From the NCBI RefSeq assembly GCF_006345805.1, contig NC_043000.1, positions 34,720,001 through 34,784,000 of the forward strand: a DNA stretch of 64,000 nt, in the 5' to 3' direction. The position numbers were made by a program, and so were the translations under genes. The notes under the pieces were generated by a model that was not told the DNA's origin, did no database searches, and saw only the letters and a list, made by a program, of their open reading frames with translations. Positions 10,953-23,844 of this stretch are shown here, piece by piece. This DNA comes from Octopus sinensis. Its lineage: Eukaryota. The first letter of the stretch is position 1. Every line of letters starts with the position of its first letter.

Positions 10953-11277
10953 ACACTTGGATGTTTAGTGCCATGGAACATTGGAATTATGGCATAATCT
11001 GTTCACTGTCTGGGAACGAGACTGTGTGACATTCATGTGTTAGTTTCTTAGCAACATAACTGAACTGACATAGTTACGTGCCTGCTATCTCTCTGGTATC
11101 ATGTTTAGTTACTCAATAACAGATATGATAATAAAGAAGTTTAGCCTCCAAGTGGCAGTGATTGTTGTAAATCTCATAAATGATAAACTTTCTAATCAAT
11201 TGAGGTCCCAGTTGTCACATGATCTGCTTCTTGCTATTAGATCAACAAAACTGAAACAAAGATCCTCAACTATTTTA

Positions 11278-11465
11278 CATCATCATCATTTAACGTCTAT
11301 TTCCTATGCTGGCATGGGTTGGATGAGTCGATAGTAACTGGCAAGGCCAGGGATCACATCAGGTTCCACAGTCTGTTTTGGTTTGGTTTCTACAACTGGA
11401 TGCCCCGCTTCTTCATATCAACCACTTTACAGAGTGTGATGGGTGTTTTTTACATGGCATCAGCA
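11278..11465 (-). mobile_element. RTE 3' tail-derived repeat
   Basis: catcatcatttaacgtc..atgctggcatgggttgga..ctggatgcc..ccaaccact pattern. Confidence 0.7.
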
Positions 11466-11739
11466 TTGTGAGGTACACTTCAGTTATTAACCACTTCCAT
11501 CCCACCACTGTTGCCAATATTTGGGATAGGTGTATGGTGTGAGGGTTACTTCCTCTTTCCTGACAGGTTTAAAGGCTACAGCACCTTCACCCCTGATAAA
11601 TATGTATTCCCCAGTAAAAGAAGAGATAGAAGAGTTAGTCATTGTACTACAAATCATATACTAATAAAAAAAAAACCTTCTCTATTAATTGTTTACATTT
11701 GATATTTCATAAATTGTTTTGAGAAGACCCGGCAAGCCA

Positions 11740-12248
11740 AATGAGACCATAACCATGGCCTATGCCAGTGCAGCATAACTAGCCCACTGCGAAGACCTGT
11801 TGAGTCAAGTGAAGTCATTGTCATGGCCAATGACAGTACCACCTGACTGGTTCCAAGCTGGTGGCACGTAAAAAGCACCATTCGAATGTAGTCGTTGCCA
11901 GTGCCACCTGATTGGCACTCGTGCCGGTGGTAAGTAAAAAGCACCATTCGTGTGTGGTTGATGCCAGTGCTGCCTGACTGGTCCCATGCTGGTGGCATGT
12001 AAAAAGCACCATTCAAGCATGGTCAATGCCAGTACTGCCTGACTGGCCCTAATGCCGGTGACATGCAAAAAGCACCCACTACACTCTTGGAGTGGTTGGC
12101 ATTAGGAAGGACTTCTAGCTGTAGAAGCTTTGCCAGATCAGCTTGGAGCCTTGGGCAGCCTCTTTGCTTGCCAGCCCCCAGTCAAACCATCCAACCCATG
12201 CAAGCATGGAAAGCGGACATTAAATGATGATAATGATGATGATGATGT
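11740..12248 (+). mobile_element. RTE 3' UTR-derived repeat with 4 hairpin units and (GAT)n tail
   Basis: gaagacctgttgagtcaagtgaa start, repeated gtggcacgtaaaaagcaccattc units, ccatgcaagcatgg, then gatgatgatgat. Confidence 0.85.
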
Positions 12249-14114
12249 TTTGAGAATTCACCAGAAATATTGATCTCCCCCCCCCATTGTCAACTGAAAA
12301 TCAGTCACTGAATTAATAACTGAGCACCAGCTTCACAATACTTTACTGACACTACAACTTCATCTACAAATAACCCTAACCCATACTACAGCTTAAACCA
12401 CCAACCTCACAATACTTTGCCCACACTATAAATGAAGACACAACATTTCATTTTTCCCAATTTTATTTTGAATGGTTTGTTTTTTTTATGTTTAATTTCT
12501 TCGATTGATTTTATATATGTTACTGAAGAAAACTTGTGTGATGGCTTTTCCATGTTCCTGTCTTTGTTTTAGGAGAGTTACAGAAGACTTGTTGGTGTTG
12601 CTGAGAACAAGGCAGCCCATCAAGTACTGGTGCCATGATAAAATGTCCCAAATACACTCTACAAGCTGACTCATACAATTAGTCAAGAATTATGGGGAGA
12701 TTAAAAACTCTTTAGAATCTGAAAAGGGACTCAGTTTAGTTAATAAAATGTTTTAACTCCAACAATCAAATTTTAATGAAATACAATGTTTTTGACTTAA
12801 TCAAAACAGGTCAAACTAAAATTATTGGATTTGATTTTGTTTGGTGTTGAATTTTTTCTTTTCTCCCCCAAACAAGATTTCCTAAGTGAGTGGCACTTTG
12901 AGACAATATAACATTTCAATCTAAAAGTGAACATGGTTTATAAGATCAGTCATTCTGTACAAGTATGAAAATACCAAAACTAAAAAAAAAAAAAAAGTAA
13001 TAAATGAAAAACAAAAAAAATATGTTTTTCTTTTTTTTGTAGTTGTTGTAATGCCACAAATAAATGCTATGAGTAATTAGATTAGGATAAACTGAATCTG
13101 GAAAAGTGTAGTAATGTGCAATTGAAGAGGTGCTCACAATGACATCACAACAAATAGCATATTAAGCCGGAAATAAAATTAAATTGGGGGAAAAAATTGA
13201 TGGATGTAAACATTAGTTTAGTTTTGGTTTTCATATTTTAGTGGTGTTTTGTAGTCTTTATTATTTGGTTCATTCATTCATATTGCAATGGAGCAGAATA
13301 TCAAAATATTTTTAAAGAAAAACACATAAAACAAAGACGAAGACCAGTTACAGATTAGCGGACACTAGTCAGAATTTGCCTAAAATTGTGTTAAGGCAAT
13401 TTGACTGGAATGCAAATTAAACACCTTTAATTATTCCAGAGGTTGAAATAAGGTCTAGCAAAAGGTTATGATGTTGGTACAACCAAGTAAAATCCTTACA
13501 AAGAAACGGTTCAGTCTGCAGAGAAAACGAAAAAAAAAAAGTTAGCAAAAATTATCTAAAATTGAACTCTAAGGATCTGTATTGTAGATATCTGCTACCC
13601 TAAATTTGAAAACAGCAACGGGAAGCTGACTTAACATGCTGGGGTGTAGATGGTAATTGTAACTTATAACTGCCTGTAGATATTTGATGAACTCTTGGTT
13701 AGGTGCATTAGCAGTGCCCTGCTGTGTCTGTTTTCATCCTTCCGATCAATAAAACAAGTATCAGTAAGATAATGAGGTTGATTTAATCAACCACAACAGG
13801 CTCTCAAAATAATGGCAGTCTGCCCACTTAAAAAATCAATATTGTTTAGATAAGTTTTACTTTAAGGAATCATTAAATCACAATCTAGATTCATTCGAGC
13901 AATATTTCAAAGTCTTCATCATGACTCTCTATAATTGCCAAGGGCTATTACAATGGGCAGATAATTGAGTTTTAATTTCATGTACAGACAACTAAGTTAT
14001 ATCAGTAAGCATCAAGATAGTTCCTGCTTAAAGTAAAAGTGCTGTTATGTATTATATAACACTTTATATAGTGAAAGTGTTACAGTGCATATACATATAT
14101 ATATATATATGTAT

Positions 14115-14880
14115 ATCATCATCATCATTATCATTGTTGTTTAACGTCCGCTTTCCATGCTAGCATGAGTTGGACGGTTTGACTTGGGTCTGGGAAGCCA
14201 GGAGGCTGCACCAGGCTCAGTCTGATCTGGCAGTATTTCTACAGCTGGATGCCCTTCCTAACGCCAACCACTCCTAGAGTGTAGTGGGTGCTTTTTACGT
14301 GCCAGCCGAGGCTGGCAATGGCCACAATCGGTTGGTGCTTTTTACATACCACTGGCACGGAGGCTAGTTGAGGCGGCGCTAGAAATGGCCACGTTTGGAT
14401 GGTTCTTTTACATGCCACCGGCACTGGTATCACAGCTGGTGAGCCAGAAGGCGGCACCAAGCTCCAATCTGATCTGGCAGAGTTTCTACAGCTGTATGCC
14501 CTTCCAAACACCAACTACTTCGAGAGTGTAGTGGGTGCTTTTACGTGCCACCTGCACAAGGTCCAGTAAGCTGGTTCTGGCAACAACAATGCTCAAAGGG
14601 TGTTTTTTTAAGTGCTACCTGCTCGGAAGTCAGTGTGACAGCACTGGCAACAAACACACTTGAATGTTGTTTTTCACGTGCCACCGGCAAGGTGACGCTG
14701 GCAAAAATCACACTTGAATGGTGCTTTTTACATGCCACCAGCACGGGAGCCAATCTACGGCCCTGGCAACGATCATGCTAGGATGTGCTTTTAACATTCC
14801 ACTGGCATGAGTGCCAATCAGGCAGTACTCAGCCACATCAGCGATTTTGATTTTAATTTCACTTGCCTCAATAGGTCTTT
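14115..14880 (-). mobile_element. two adjacent or nested RTE 3' UTR-derived repeats
   Basis: Two occurrences of ctgatctggcag..tttctacagctg.atgcccttcc..gagtgtagtgggtgcttttt (~14222 and ~14470), each followed by hairpin units. Confidence 0.8.
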
Positions 14881-14996
14881 GCAAGCAAAGTTTGTGTGTG
14901 TGTGTGTATAAAGTAAGAGAGTGTATATGCCTATATTATACATGCATGTGTGTATATGCACATTTACACATTATACAGACACACACACACACACAC

Positions 14997-15040
<44 letters not shown>

Positions 15041-15044
15041 CATA

Positions 15045-15108
15045 TTTATGTATTGGCTTAAGTCTTTCATTGTTTGATTTGCCTAATAGTGGTTTTGTCT
15101 CTAATTTA

Positions 15109-15112
<4 letters not shown>
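15045..15112 (+). repeat. terminal fragment of the family forming the 42.5-43.0 kb palindrome
   Basis: ttatgtattggcttaagt.tttcattgtttgatttgcctaatagtggtttt.tctctaatttaat matches 42907-42971. Flanked by (TA)n on both sides. Confidence 0.8.
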
Positions 15113-15144
<32 letters not shown>

Positions 15145-15789
15145 ATATAGTATATAAAGCATCAAATGAAACAAAAGTAGTAAAGTGCTGCTCTTTAGGT
15201 CCATGCAGTAAATGATGGTCATGAGGATGAGGAAAACGAGAAGTAAATAATCTGGAGCAGAAAGAAAAAGTTTGTGAGAGAATCAAAAAAAGATGTTGGA
15301 CATGAAATAAATCCACAAAGAATAGGACTGTTTCGGAATGGTGACAGCAGTGAATAGAACTGGCTACTATCATCATCATCATCACTATTAATTCCAGCAT
15401 CCTCACCACCACAGCTAGCAACTTCTTTGCACTTTTTATAATTACTGGCAATTGTATCATGATAAAAGTTAAGTTAATTATTAGAAATATTGATGGGAGC
15501 TAATTAATTATAATTATGCTGATTGACAGTCAATTAATCATCATTATCATCACCATCATCAGAATCATTGCCAAGAGCAGTATCTTGGCAAGAGAGTACT
15601 TGACAAATTGAGGCTGGAAGACAATTTCCATCTCAAATTGTGACTTTCATCTATTTCTTTAATGTCAGTTTTTAAACAACATTAATGACACTTCTTTCTA
15701 TTTTACTTTGTTCTTTAGAAAAAAAATTATCATGACCACCACCACCACCACCATTTGATATGAGGATACCTCTTACATTGAAGAGGCTG

Positions 15790-16535
15790 TAACCATCCAC
15801 CATTGACAATTAAACAAGTAGTTAATTACATTAGTAAGTCTGCTTCTAACCAATCCTCTGATGAAGAATCCTTCAAAAAGCAGCTCCATATCACAACAGC
15901 ACATTAGAAATATCGAATTTTAAGGACAATATAACCTGTATCGAACCAAACTTAGATAGGACAAAGAAGACAGACATAAGAGGATTTTGTGGTATTATCC
16001 TCTATACAACATGGGTGTGATTGCAAACACATAAGCTCTTCAATAGAAGCACAGTAAAAATTAGCTATAGTTATCCCTTGCTCCCCCGACACAAAGCTGA
16101 TGACCTTCAGTCACAATAAGATCAATAACACTAGGAATATCCCACATAGATTTTATAGTTGAAGATAACCCTTTGAAGAATATGTGCCTAGAAAAAAGAA
16201 CAGGTTTACATGGACGAAACCACAAGAAAACTTGCACTGAAATGACTGAAAATACCTTCTAGAAAAAATTAAAGGCAGCGCTTGGCGTTGTTCAGAAATA
16301 CGAATAAAAGGATGCAACATCTTTATCTAAGATGATATGGATCCTTAAAGACAGAAGCATGGACAACTTCAACATAGAGTTGGGCAACAAATGTAAGGAA
16401 TGAGGTAGCAGATGCCATCTCTGTATTACAGAGAAATCAAATAGCGTAATTTCAACAACAAATATTTTAAACATTAGGAAAGAAACTTTTTCACCTTGCA
16501 TGCACAAACAATTTAAACTGTGAAATTTCAAGTAG
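15790..16535 (+). pseudogene. degenerate Penelope-like element ORF remnant (RT thumb/linker to GIY-YIG endonuclease)
   Basis: Patchwork translation: SSDEESFKKAAPY, RHKRILWYYPLYNM, KLFNRSTVKISYS, (G)MTENTF, DATSLSKMIWILKD, RCHLCITEK, TNILNIRKETFSPCMHK. The motif order matches PLE proteins. Many stops and frameshifts. Confidence 0.7.
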
Positions 16536-16639
16536 ACACATACACACACACACACATGAGTGTGTGTGAGTAATTGTTTTAAGCTAGTCATGGCCTGAGT
16601 CAATTCTAGCTAAAATCTATTTCAGTATATTCATATATA

Positions 16640-16964
16640 CACAGTATATTGCCAAAGGTCTTGGTCACTTGTCATTGCCTCCATGAGGCCCAGTGTTTGA
16701 ATGGTACTTTTTACATGTCACAGATGCCAGTTATGTGACACTGGCATCAGTCATGACTATGACTTCACTTGGCTTGAAAGGTCTACTGAAACACGGCATA
16801 TCGCCCAGTGTTCAAGAGTGCTCTTTACGTGACACTGGCATCAGCCAGAACTACAATTTTCTGAAACACAGCATTTCGCCAAAGGTCTCAATCACTTATC
16901 ATTGCCTCCATGAGATCCAATGTTCGAAGATCATGCTTCACCACCTCGTCCCATGTCTTCCTGG
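16640..16964 (-). mobile_element. RTE ORF2 end and 3' UTR fragment
   Basis: ccacctcgtcccatgtcttcctgg is the reverse complement of the RKTWDEVV coding sequence. An internal ~55-bp segment is duplicated (~16648 and ~16875). Confidence 0.75.
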
Positions 16965-17280
16965 AATATTGTTTGCCTCTCAAACCCTCTTTCATGGAGC
17001 CAAAGAGATGATAGTCCCGAGACGATAATAGTCCAGTGACAAGGAAGTGAAAACTGTATTAAAGAAGTGTCTCAAAGAACAGTCAACAGAATTTTATGGG
17101 GCAGGGATACATGCTCTCATTCAAAGGTGGAACATTTCTATTGAGAGAAACAGTGACTATGTTGAGAAGTAGGGATGTGATCCACAGAGGACCAGTTTCA
17201 TTTTGATGTATGATACATGTTCCTGTGTTGGTATTTATACCTGTCCTAAACAAAATGGCATTACTTTTTGACTTACCCTC

Positions 17281-17281
<1 letters not shown>
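16961..17281. mobile_element. partial copy (spacer plus one arm) of the mariner-derived foldback MITE
   Basis: Matches 36182-36485, including the same spacer junction. Ends at ttttgacttaccctcg-TA. Confidence 0.85.

Positions 17282-17346
<65 letters not shown>
17282..17346. repeat. (TA)n microsatellite
   Basis: Directly visible. Confidence 0.98.
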
Positions 17347-17348
<2 letters not shown>

Positions 17349-18236
17349 ACAATAAATATGATGAATTCAAACTTTTGAGATTCAAAATTTTTGCCAACAT
17401 GTGCATAATAACAGAAATACATTTACAGAAAATTTATCAAAACTCGTAATTTTATTTGATTATTGTTGTTGTTGTTATTATTGTTATTAATGATATTACT
17501 ACAGTTAGCTGTAGCAGTAACAATTTCATAAATCACTAATGCTGTTGTTGGTTTTGTTGAAATGGTGATAGAAATGATAATTGTAAAATTGAAGTTGGCT
17601 CAAACCACAATTCCTTTGCATCAGCTAAATGTTCATTTGAAGACCTGTTCAAAGTATATGTCTATTGATTTCTCAGAGACCAATGTTTTATCCAGAGAGA
17701 TTTTGGCTCAATGTCTGATACTGACCAAAGTTTTATCAGAAACAGATATTTTACACCCTGACTAATGTGTGTTAAGGAAATAAAACATAAAGTAGTTTCG
17801 TCTTAACAAGAGACGGTTCTATAGTAGTTGCTGTGGCCTCCATTTGTTCTGTTGGTAACTATAAATGTGATTATCTCTTAAACCCTAAGAAAATTTTAAA
17901 TCACTTAACTCCATGGTGGTAAGTGGATAAAATACAAGTCTACAGAAATAGTATGATAATATATCACAGGTTACATTCCAAGGTGAACTGCAGCTTATTC
18001 TCAGTAAACTAATGCAGTGTGATACACAATTAAATGCTACTAGAGGGTTTATGTTAAAAACCTTTAAATGGTCTTCTACAATTATATCCATTCAGCTAGG
18101 TCCCTTTTCTATAAGTCTGTTTGTTTGGATACACAACGCAATGGTGACTAGTTAAAGAAACTATTAACAAGAAATGTATGAAGGGGCGATCTGGCCCCTT
18201 CATACAAATGAAGGACACAGCAACTACTATAGATTT

Positions 18237-18465
18237 AAGGCAGCGAGCTGGCAGAAATGTTAGCATGCCGGGCAAAATGGTTAGTGGTCTGCCACTATGT
18301 TCTGAGTTCAAATTCTGCCATGGTTGACTTTGCCTTTCATCCTTTCGGGGTCGATTAAATAAGTACCAGTTACACACTGGGATTGATATAATCGACTTAA
18401 TCTATTTGTCTGTCCTGGTCTGTCCCTCTGTGTCTAGCCCCTTGTGGGCAGTAAAGAAATAAGAA
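18237..18465 (+). mobile_element. tRNA-headed SINE family B
   Basis: ggcagcgagctggcagaaatgttagcatgccgggc..gagttcaaattctgcc..ctttgcctttcatcctttcggggtcgat..aagtaccag, shared with 51.6, 59.6, 59.8, 61.1 and 22.9 kb. Confidence 0.8.
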
Positions 18466-18804
18466 ATGTACGAAGGGCTGGATTTTCTGTAGTGGTGATC
18501 ATACAAATATGACATATACTACATTATGCAACGCCAGACAAAACTTGATGGGAGAACATTAGTTAACAATACAAAAGTTTTATAAATGAGAAGACTAATT
18601 ATGAAAAACATAACTATAGCAGAAGACAATGTAAAGTCTAACACACACACAACAAAGAAAAACCAATTCGAGTATTTTATGGAAACTGGAGCTGTTAGCT
18701 GGACACAATAGACACCATTCTTAAATGTCAGTGCTCTTACCTAGATGGCAACATTAATAATTATTTCATCTGTAAGTATATTTACCTGAAAGAAGCTTGT
18801 CTTT

Positions 18805-18863
<59 letters not shown>

Positions 18864-18867
18864 AATG

Positions 18868-19270
18868 TAAATGTTTGTGTGCTTGTGTTTGCCCCACATC
18901 CCCCACCATCGCTTGACAACCGATGTTGGTGTGATTACGTCCCTGTAACTTAGCAGTTTGGCAAAAGAGATCGATAGAATAAGTACTAGGCTTACAGAGA
19001 ATAAGTCCTGGGATTGATTTGTGTGACTAAAGGTGGTGCTCCAGCATGGCTGAAGTCAAATGACTGAAACAGATAAAAGAATAAAAGAATATATATATAT
19101 ATATATGATGGGCTTCTTACAGTTTCTGTCTTCCAATTCTAATCACAAGGCTTTGGTGAACCCAGGGGTCAAAAGTAGAAGACACTTATGTAGGTGCAAC
19201 ACAGTAGGAGTGATCCCAAGACCACATAGTGAAGGTGCAAGCTTCTTAACCATACGGAACACCTATGCCA
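18868..19270. mobile_element. SINE family A with tail (+, 18868-19090) and head (-, 19107-19270) in opposite orientations
   Basis: The tail matches 63360-63550 in + orientation. The head matches the reverse complement of 63180-63330. The two parts are separated by (TA)n. Confidence 0.7.
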
Positions 19271-20959
19271 AGTCACACACGCATGTACACAGACACATGC
19301 ATACAGTTATTCTATTGTTTATTTTCTGTACAGAGGCTCTATTAATTCCTGTTCTACTAAACCTGTATCCCATAAACGGGACACTTAATATACCATCATT
19401 GTTACATTCTTTTATTCTCGAACTAAACTAAACATTTTGTAGTTCAACATAGAAAACATTTATTCCTTACCACAACCAAAGTTCTCTGAATGCTGACTTC
19501 AATCCTATTTCTTCCCCAGGAATTGTCAAGTTAAACTCTACCAAGGACAGAGTTGAAATAGGTCATAAAAACTGTCCTTTCTCCTTGCGCTAAAAAAAAT
19601 ACTAAATAAACCCCTTTTTCTAATTCAGTATAACACAAACATGTTACCTGCTTACATCTAAATCCAGGTCACACTTGGGCCATAGTTAAAAATACCAAGG
19701 TATGTGCTATTTAGAACTTCTAGTCATAATACCAATTTGACAAGGTGCTAGTTTTAAGAACACTTAAGACTTCAATATTTATGTATCCCAGAAATATAGT
19801 GAAATTTGAACATGAATCAACAGAGTTTCAAGTTTGCTATATACCTAACTGTTCAACTCTCCTGATTTACACAATCAAAAAAGTCATTATTATATTCTAT
19901 TTAACACATAATGCCTTGTTTGAAAACAATGCTATACAGCTGATTATGTTACATAATCAACTAAGAAAAGTATGTGGGGTTAATAAAATGTTTTATAATG
20001 AAGTTAATTAGAATAATTTTGAACGTAAAGTATTTAACATAATTAAGTACAACAATAACTTACACCCAATGCTTATAATCTTTCATTTTGTTGGTTTATT
20101 ATATTCACCAACTAAAAATAAAAAAACGAAGTTTGCATGCTAAACCTGATCTGAAAACAAACAAAAAGAAATTTTAATATTTATTGCATAAACAAAATGC
20201 TAGCCACTTTCACTAAATGCATTCTAAAGACTATTGCTGGTACATTAATTAAAATCATCAATCATTAATCAAAAAGATACACACAAACATGTATACATAT
20301 ACCATCACACCCATGAATACAATCAATTAAATTTGAAAATAATCCATTACCCAACTGAAACGTTACTTAACAATCAACAATGTCAGTTAAGCACATACTG
20401 AAAAACCAGTCTTCTGTACAACCATGAGAAGCAGGCAATAAAAGATCTTGCAGTCTGTTTAAGTCATATACAGGATGTGTGGCCTGTATTTTGTCAATGA
20501 AATATAAGACATTTTCACCAAACGTGTCAACAATAACCAGTTGTCAATTATATCTTAGCAAACTTGTTTATGATAAGGAATTGTCAATAAGGAGAATTAT
20601 GTTTGTCAGAACTTAACGATGGTAGCAATAAACCACATTCACAGAGCACAAAAGATCAAATAATGGTCAAAGAAAACTTCTAGTAACATCATCCTAAAAC
20701 CTATTTCCCCACATGGCCAACAACCTTCTAAAGACTTTATTACAGTATAAAAGAATGTCTTTATCGTGAACATTTTTGTGTGAGTTCTTCCCGCTATTTT
20801 ATGATTTGGACAGAACTTGTAGCTGTTGCAGCTATTTGTGACTGGATGAAATAAATATGCAGTTTGATGCCTGGACAAATCCTATTGAAATACACTTGGC
20901 AAAAGTCCAAGAAATACAACTTGCAAGGTAAGAGACCGCTCAGGCAGTAGCACTAGAGA

Positions 20960-21570
20960 ATATTTCTTAGGTGGTGGTCATTTAGCATAGGTTAGGGTTG
21001 TCGATGAAGGAAACAGTAGTAGTCAATGTCCCCCGTGTTACATTTATCAATTCAATCTGAATTGGGGACTTTAGGGCATATGAGGGATGTGAACCTAAGA
21101 GATGGTTTAAGTCCCCTGCTGCTAACATGGGTGGATCAAGAAGAAAGCACATTTGCAGTGAAAGATGGGAAGTATAGAGGAGATGGAGGAGCCGTAACAA
21201 ATGAAGTAAATTTGAATAATAAACAACAAGCAGAACAGCTGTTGTCATTTAGTAATCAGATGTGAAGTAGTTTGCCTTTGTTAGGAAATGATTAGATGAG
21301 AGTGTGGTAAGAAAACTATGATAACAATCAAAGGAAAGTGGATTTGGCAGTCCCTGATATGGATGGTTTAGACGTGATTAAATGGTGCACAGAGTTGACA
21401 AATAACATCTGTACTGGGATTTGTGTGAGCAGAGATTAAAGAAAGAAAGATCGAAAAGAATAGCAACTATACAAAAAATTAGTACAGGAGCCTTGAATAC
21501 AGATAAAGAAAGAGGAACCATCAAAAGGACATCTCTTATGTTCACCTGCATGGCCATCTTCAGACGGCAT
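20960..21570 (-). pseudogene. possible highly decayed Penelope-like remnant
   Basis: Weak motif LNHLLGSHPSYALKS (compare the PLE RT C-terminal SHP.H.K.SIP) and a decayed CTGAAGAtggcc..GAAC motif at ~21540-21565. Low certainty. Confidence 0.25.
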
Positions 21571-22399
21571 TAGGCACAGAAAGATGATAGAGAGAAACTA
21601 TCAACACCACAGCCCTTGAAGGTCATCTAAGTGTTAATCTCCACACAGTCTTTGAAAGTTAGATAATAGATAGATAGTTAGATAGATGGATGGCTGGAGA
21701 AAGAGAGAGAGAGCATTAAATCATACATTGTGTTAGTCTGTAAATACATTATATCATGTGGCAGGGTATTTGTATATGCTTTTATGAGAACAAATATGCT
21801 TTTAATGAATAAAACTAATTAACTGTATTATTAATATTAGCTGTATTATTGACCAAAATATTAATATTTTAGTTAGTCATATTTTTTTGGTGACATCAGA
21901 TTTAATAACAATATGATATAACACTCTCAAAGATGCTTTTTGTAAATATGTGAGTGTGTGTGTATTGTGTACCATTGCGGTACAATGTATGTAAGCCGAT
22001 ATGAAAGAAAAGCTGGATTGAGGTATCTTGAGAGATATGTACATATTCTGTGACACACAACATACACACCCAATGCTCAGGCTGGCATCAGCTTCACAGG
22101 TCATCCAGCATGCAAGGCTGCAGTAGATATGGTATTACATTTCAGACCAATCATTATTGATTCGCCTTTTACCTTCTCTCAGCACCATAGCCTATATTAT
22201 TGGTCACCTTAACTTTCTCTCAGTTGTATAATCTATATTAGCAATCACCTTGACAGTCTCACTGTTTTAAACTATATCACTGGTCATCTTGACCCTCACT
22301 TTACTGTAAACTTGGCCATCTTGATCTTTTCTTTTATGTTTCTCAACAGTTTCTTGGTAGTGAAAGTAGAGAGTTTAGGAAAGCATAAAAGAGACAATC

Positions 22400-22620
22400 C
22401 AAAAGTGACATGAAAGTTTGAAAATACAGTCTAAGTGCAGGGCTAGTTTAGGAGGTGAGTTTCAAAGGGATTCATGTAGGCAACTTGATATCACTCAAAT
22501 TAGAAATACATTTGAAGCAGATGGAACTGTTCAGAATGCCCGCAAGAAATGTTCAGGAAGAATGCAAACATCACTGAGCCCTACAAAGGAAGAAAAGGTA
22601 CAAGAAATGTATTGCCAGAC
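22400..22620 (+). pseudogene. Tc1-like transposase N-terminal HTH fragment
   Basis: ITQIRNTFEADGTVQNARKKCSGRMQTSLSPTKEEKV resembles the I.RIRDKFEA.GTV....RSGRP.TS pattern of Tc1-like transposases. Confidence 0.55.
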
Positions 22621-22917
22621 TCTTGAGATAAACCTTCAAAACTTATATATAGAACCATTAAAACAAAGTATATATTATACTTAGATATGATAAGTAGAAT
22701 AGGAAAGAAAACCAGCTCGTTAAAGAAGTTCTTTTAATTTTAATCATCAGAGATTAAAAAAGAATGGAATGAATATGACAAGAATGACTTGCTTCATTGA
22801 TAAATTTGAATTTTTTTCTTCTTTTCTTCCTGCCTCAACTCAATGAAACTCATTAAGAAAAATCAAGCAACTGACATTTTTTTTTCTAATTAAAAGCATT
22901 AATTATATTTGCATTCT

Positions 22918-23065
22918 AAGGCGGTGAGATGGCAGAGTCATTAGTACGCCGAACAAAACGCTTAGCCGTATTTCATTCATCTTTTACAAGTTGAGCACTG
23001 GGGTTGATGTAATTGACTAGACCCCTCTTCCAAACTTTCAGGCCTTGTGCCGATAGTAGAAGGGG
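22918..23065 (+). mobile_element. SINE family B, internally deleted copy
   Basis: aggcggtgagatggcagagtcattagtacgccg..gcttagccgtattt..actggggttgatgtaattgactag..caggccttgtgcc.atagtagaa. Confidence 0.65.
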
Positions 23066-23247
23066 TTAGTTATATTTGCATCTCATAAATGTTGAGTTTA
23101 TATTGAAAAGGTGAAGAAAGAAATATTAACAATTGGGTTTTACTGTCACTTAGCAGCCTTAGAAAAATGGAAGATTATGGTTTGAGTTCAGATCCAAGAC
23201 TCAGAATGATACACCTCAGTTTCTTTAGTTTTGCTCTACAGTTAATA

Positions 23248-23354
23248 TACATTATTTACATTATTTATATTTGATGGATATTTGTCCTCATCTTGTTTGT
23301 TGTTAAATAATGTAAATAATGTACATAATTCCTCATCTCTTAAATATAGAACTA
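23248..23354. mobile_element. tail-only copy of the tRNA-hammerhead element, in inverted two-part arrangement
   Basis: 23248-23306 is the reverse complement of the tail, starting 3 nt after the predicted cleavage site. 23305-23354 is the distal tail in + orientation. Perfect 19-bp inverted repeat at 23248-23266 / 23305-23323. Confidence 0.75.
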
Positions 23355-23463
23355 TACAGTTAAGATCTCCAAAAGTTACAGCTTGATGCTAGGGCTTGTA
23401 CTCACATTCATAACACACTCAAAGCTGTATCTAAAAGACTTTCTCTTCAGCTCCAAATAATTT

Positions 23464-23843
23464 TCTTTTATTCTTTTACTTGTTTCAGTCATTTGACTGT
23501 GGCCATACTGGGGCACTGTCTTTAGTCGAGCAAATTGACCACAAGACTTATTCTTTGTAAGCCTACTTATTCTATTGGTCTCTTTTGCTGAAACACTAAG
23601 TTATGGAGACGTAAACACACCAGCATCGGTTGTCAAGCGATGTTGGTGGGACAAACACAGACACACACACATATATATACAATGAGCTTCTTTCAGTTTC
23701 CATCCACCAAATTCACTCACATGGCTTTGGTCGGCCCGAGGCTATAGCAGAAGGCGCTTGCCCAAGGTTCCACACAGTGGGACTGAACCAGGAACCATGT
23801 GGTTGGTAAGCAAGCTACTTACCAGCACAGCCACTTCTGCACC
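23464..23843 (-). mobile_element. full-length SINE family A (tRNA head, CORE-like ggcaccttgggcaagtgtcttct segment, internal microsatellite, tail)
   Basis: Colinear with 36491-36899, 61541-61950 and 63175-63550. Confidence 0.85.
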
Positions 23844-23844
23844 T

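Noticed and set aside
15858-15864. CTGATGA hammerhead box
   Set aside because: It encodes S-D-E within the PLE ORF remnant, with no stem II or GAAA partner.
17562-18150. Open stretches in apparently unique sequence (LAQTTIPLHQL..; VTFQGELQLILSKLMQC.. after cacag)
   Set aside because: No recognisable protein family and no consistent exon chain, so they cannot be supported without expression or homology data.
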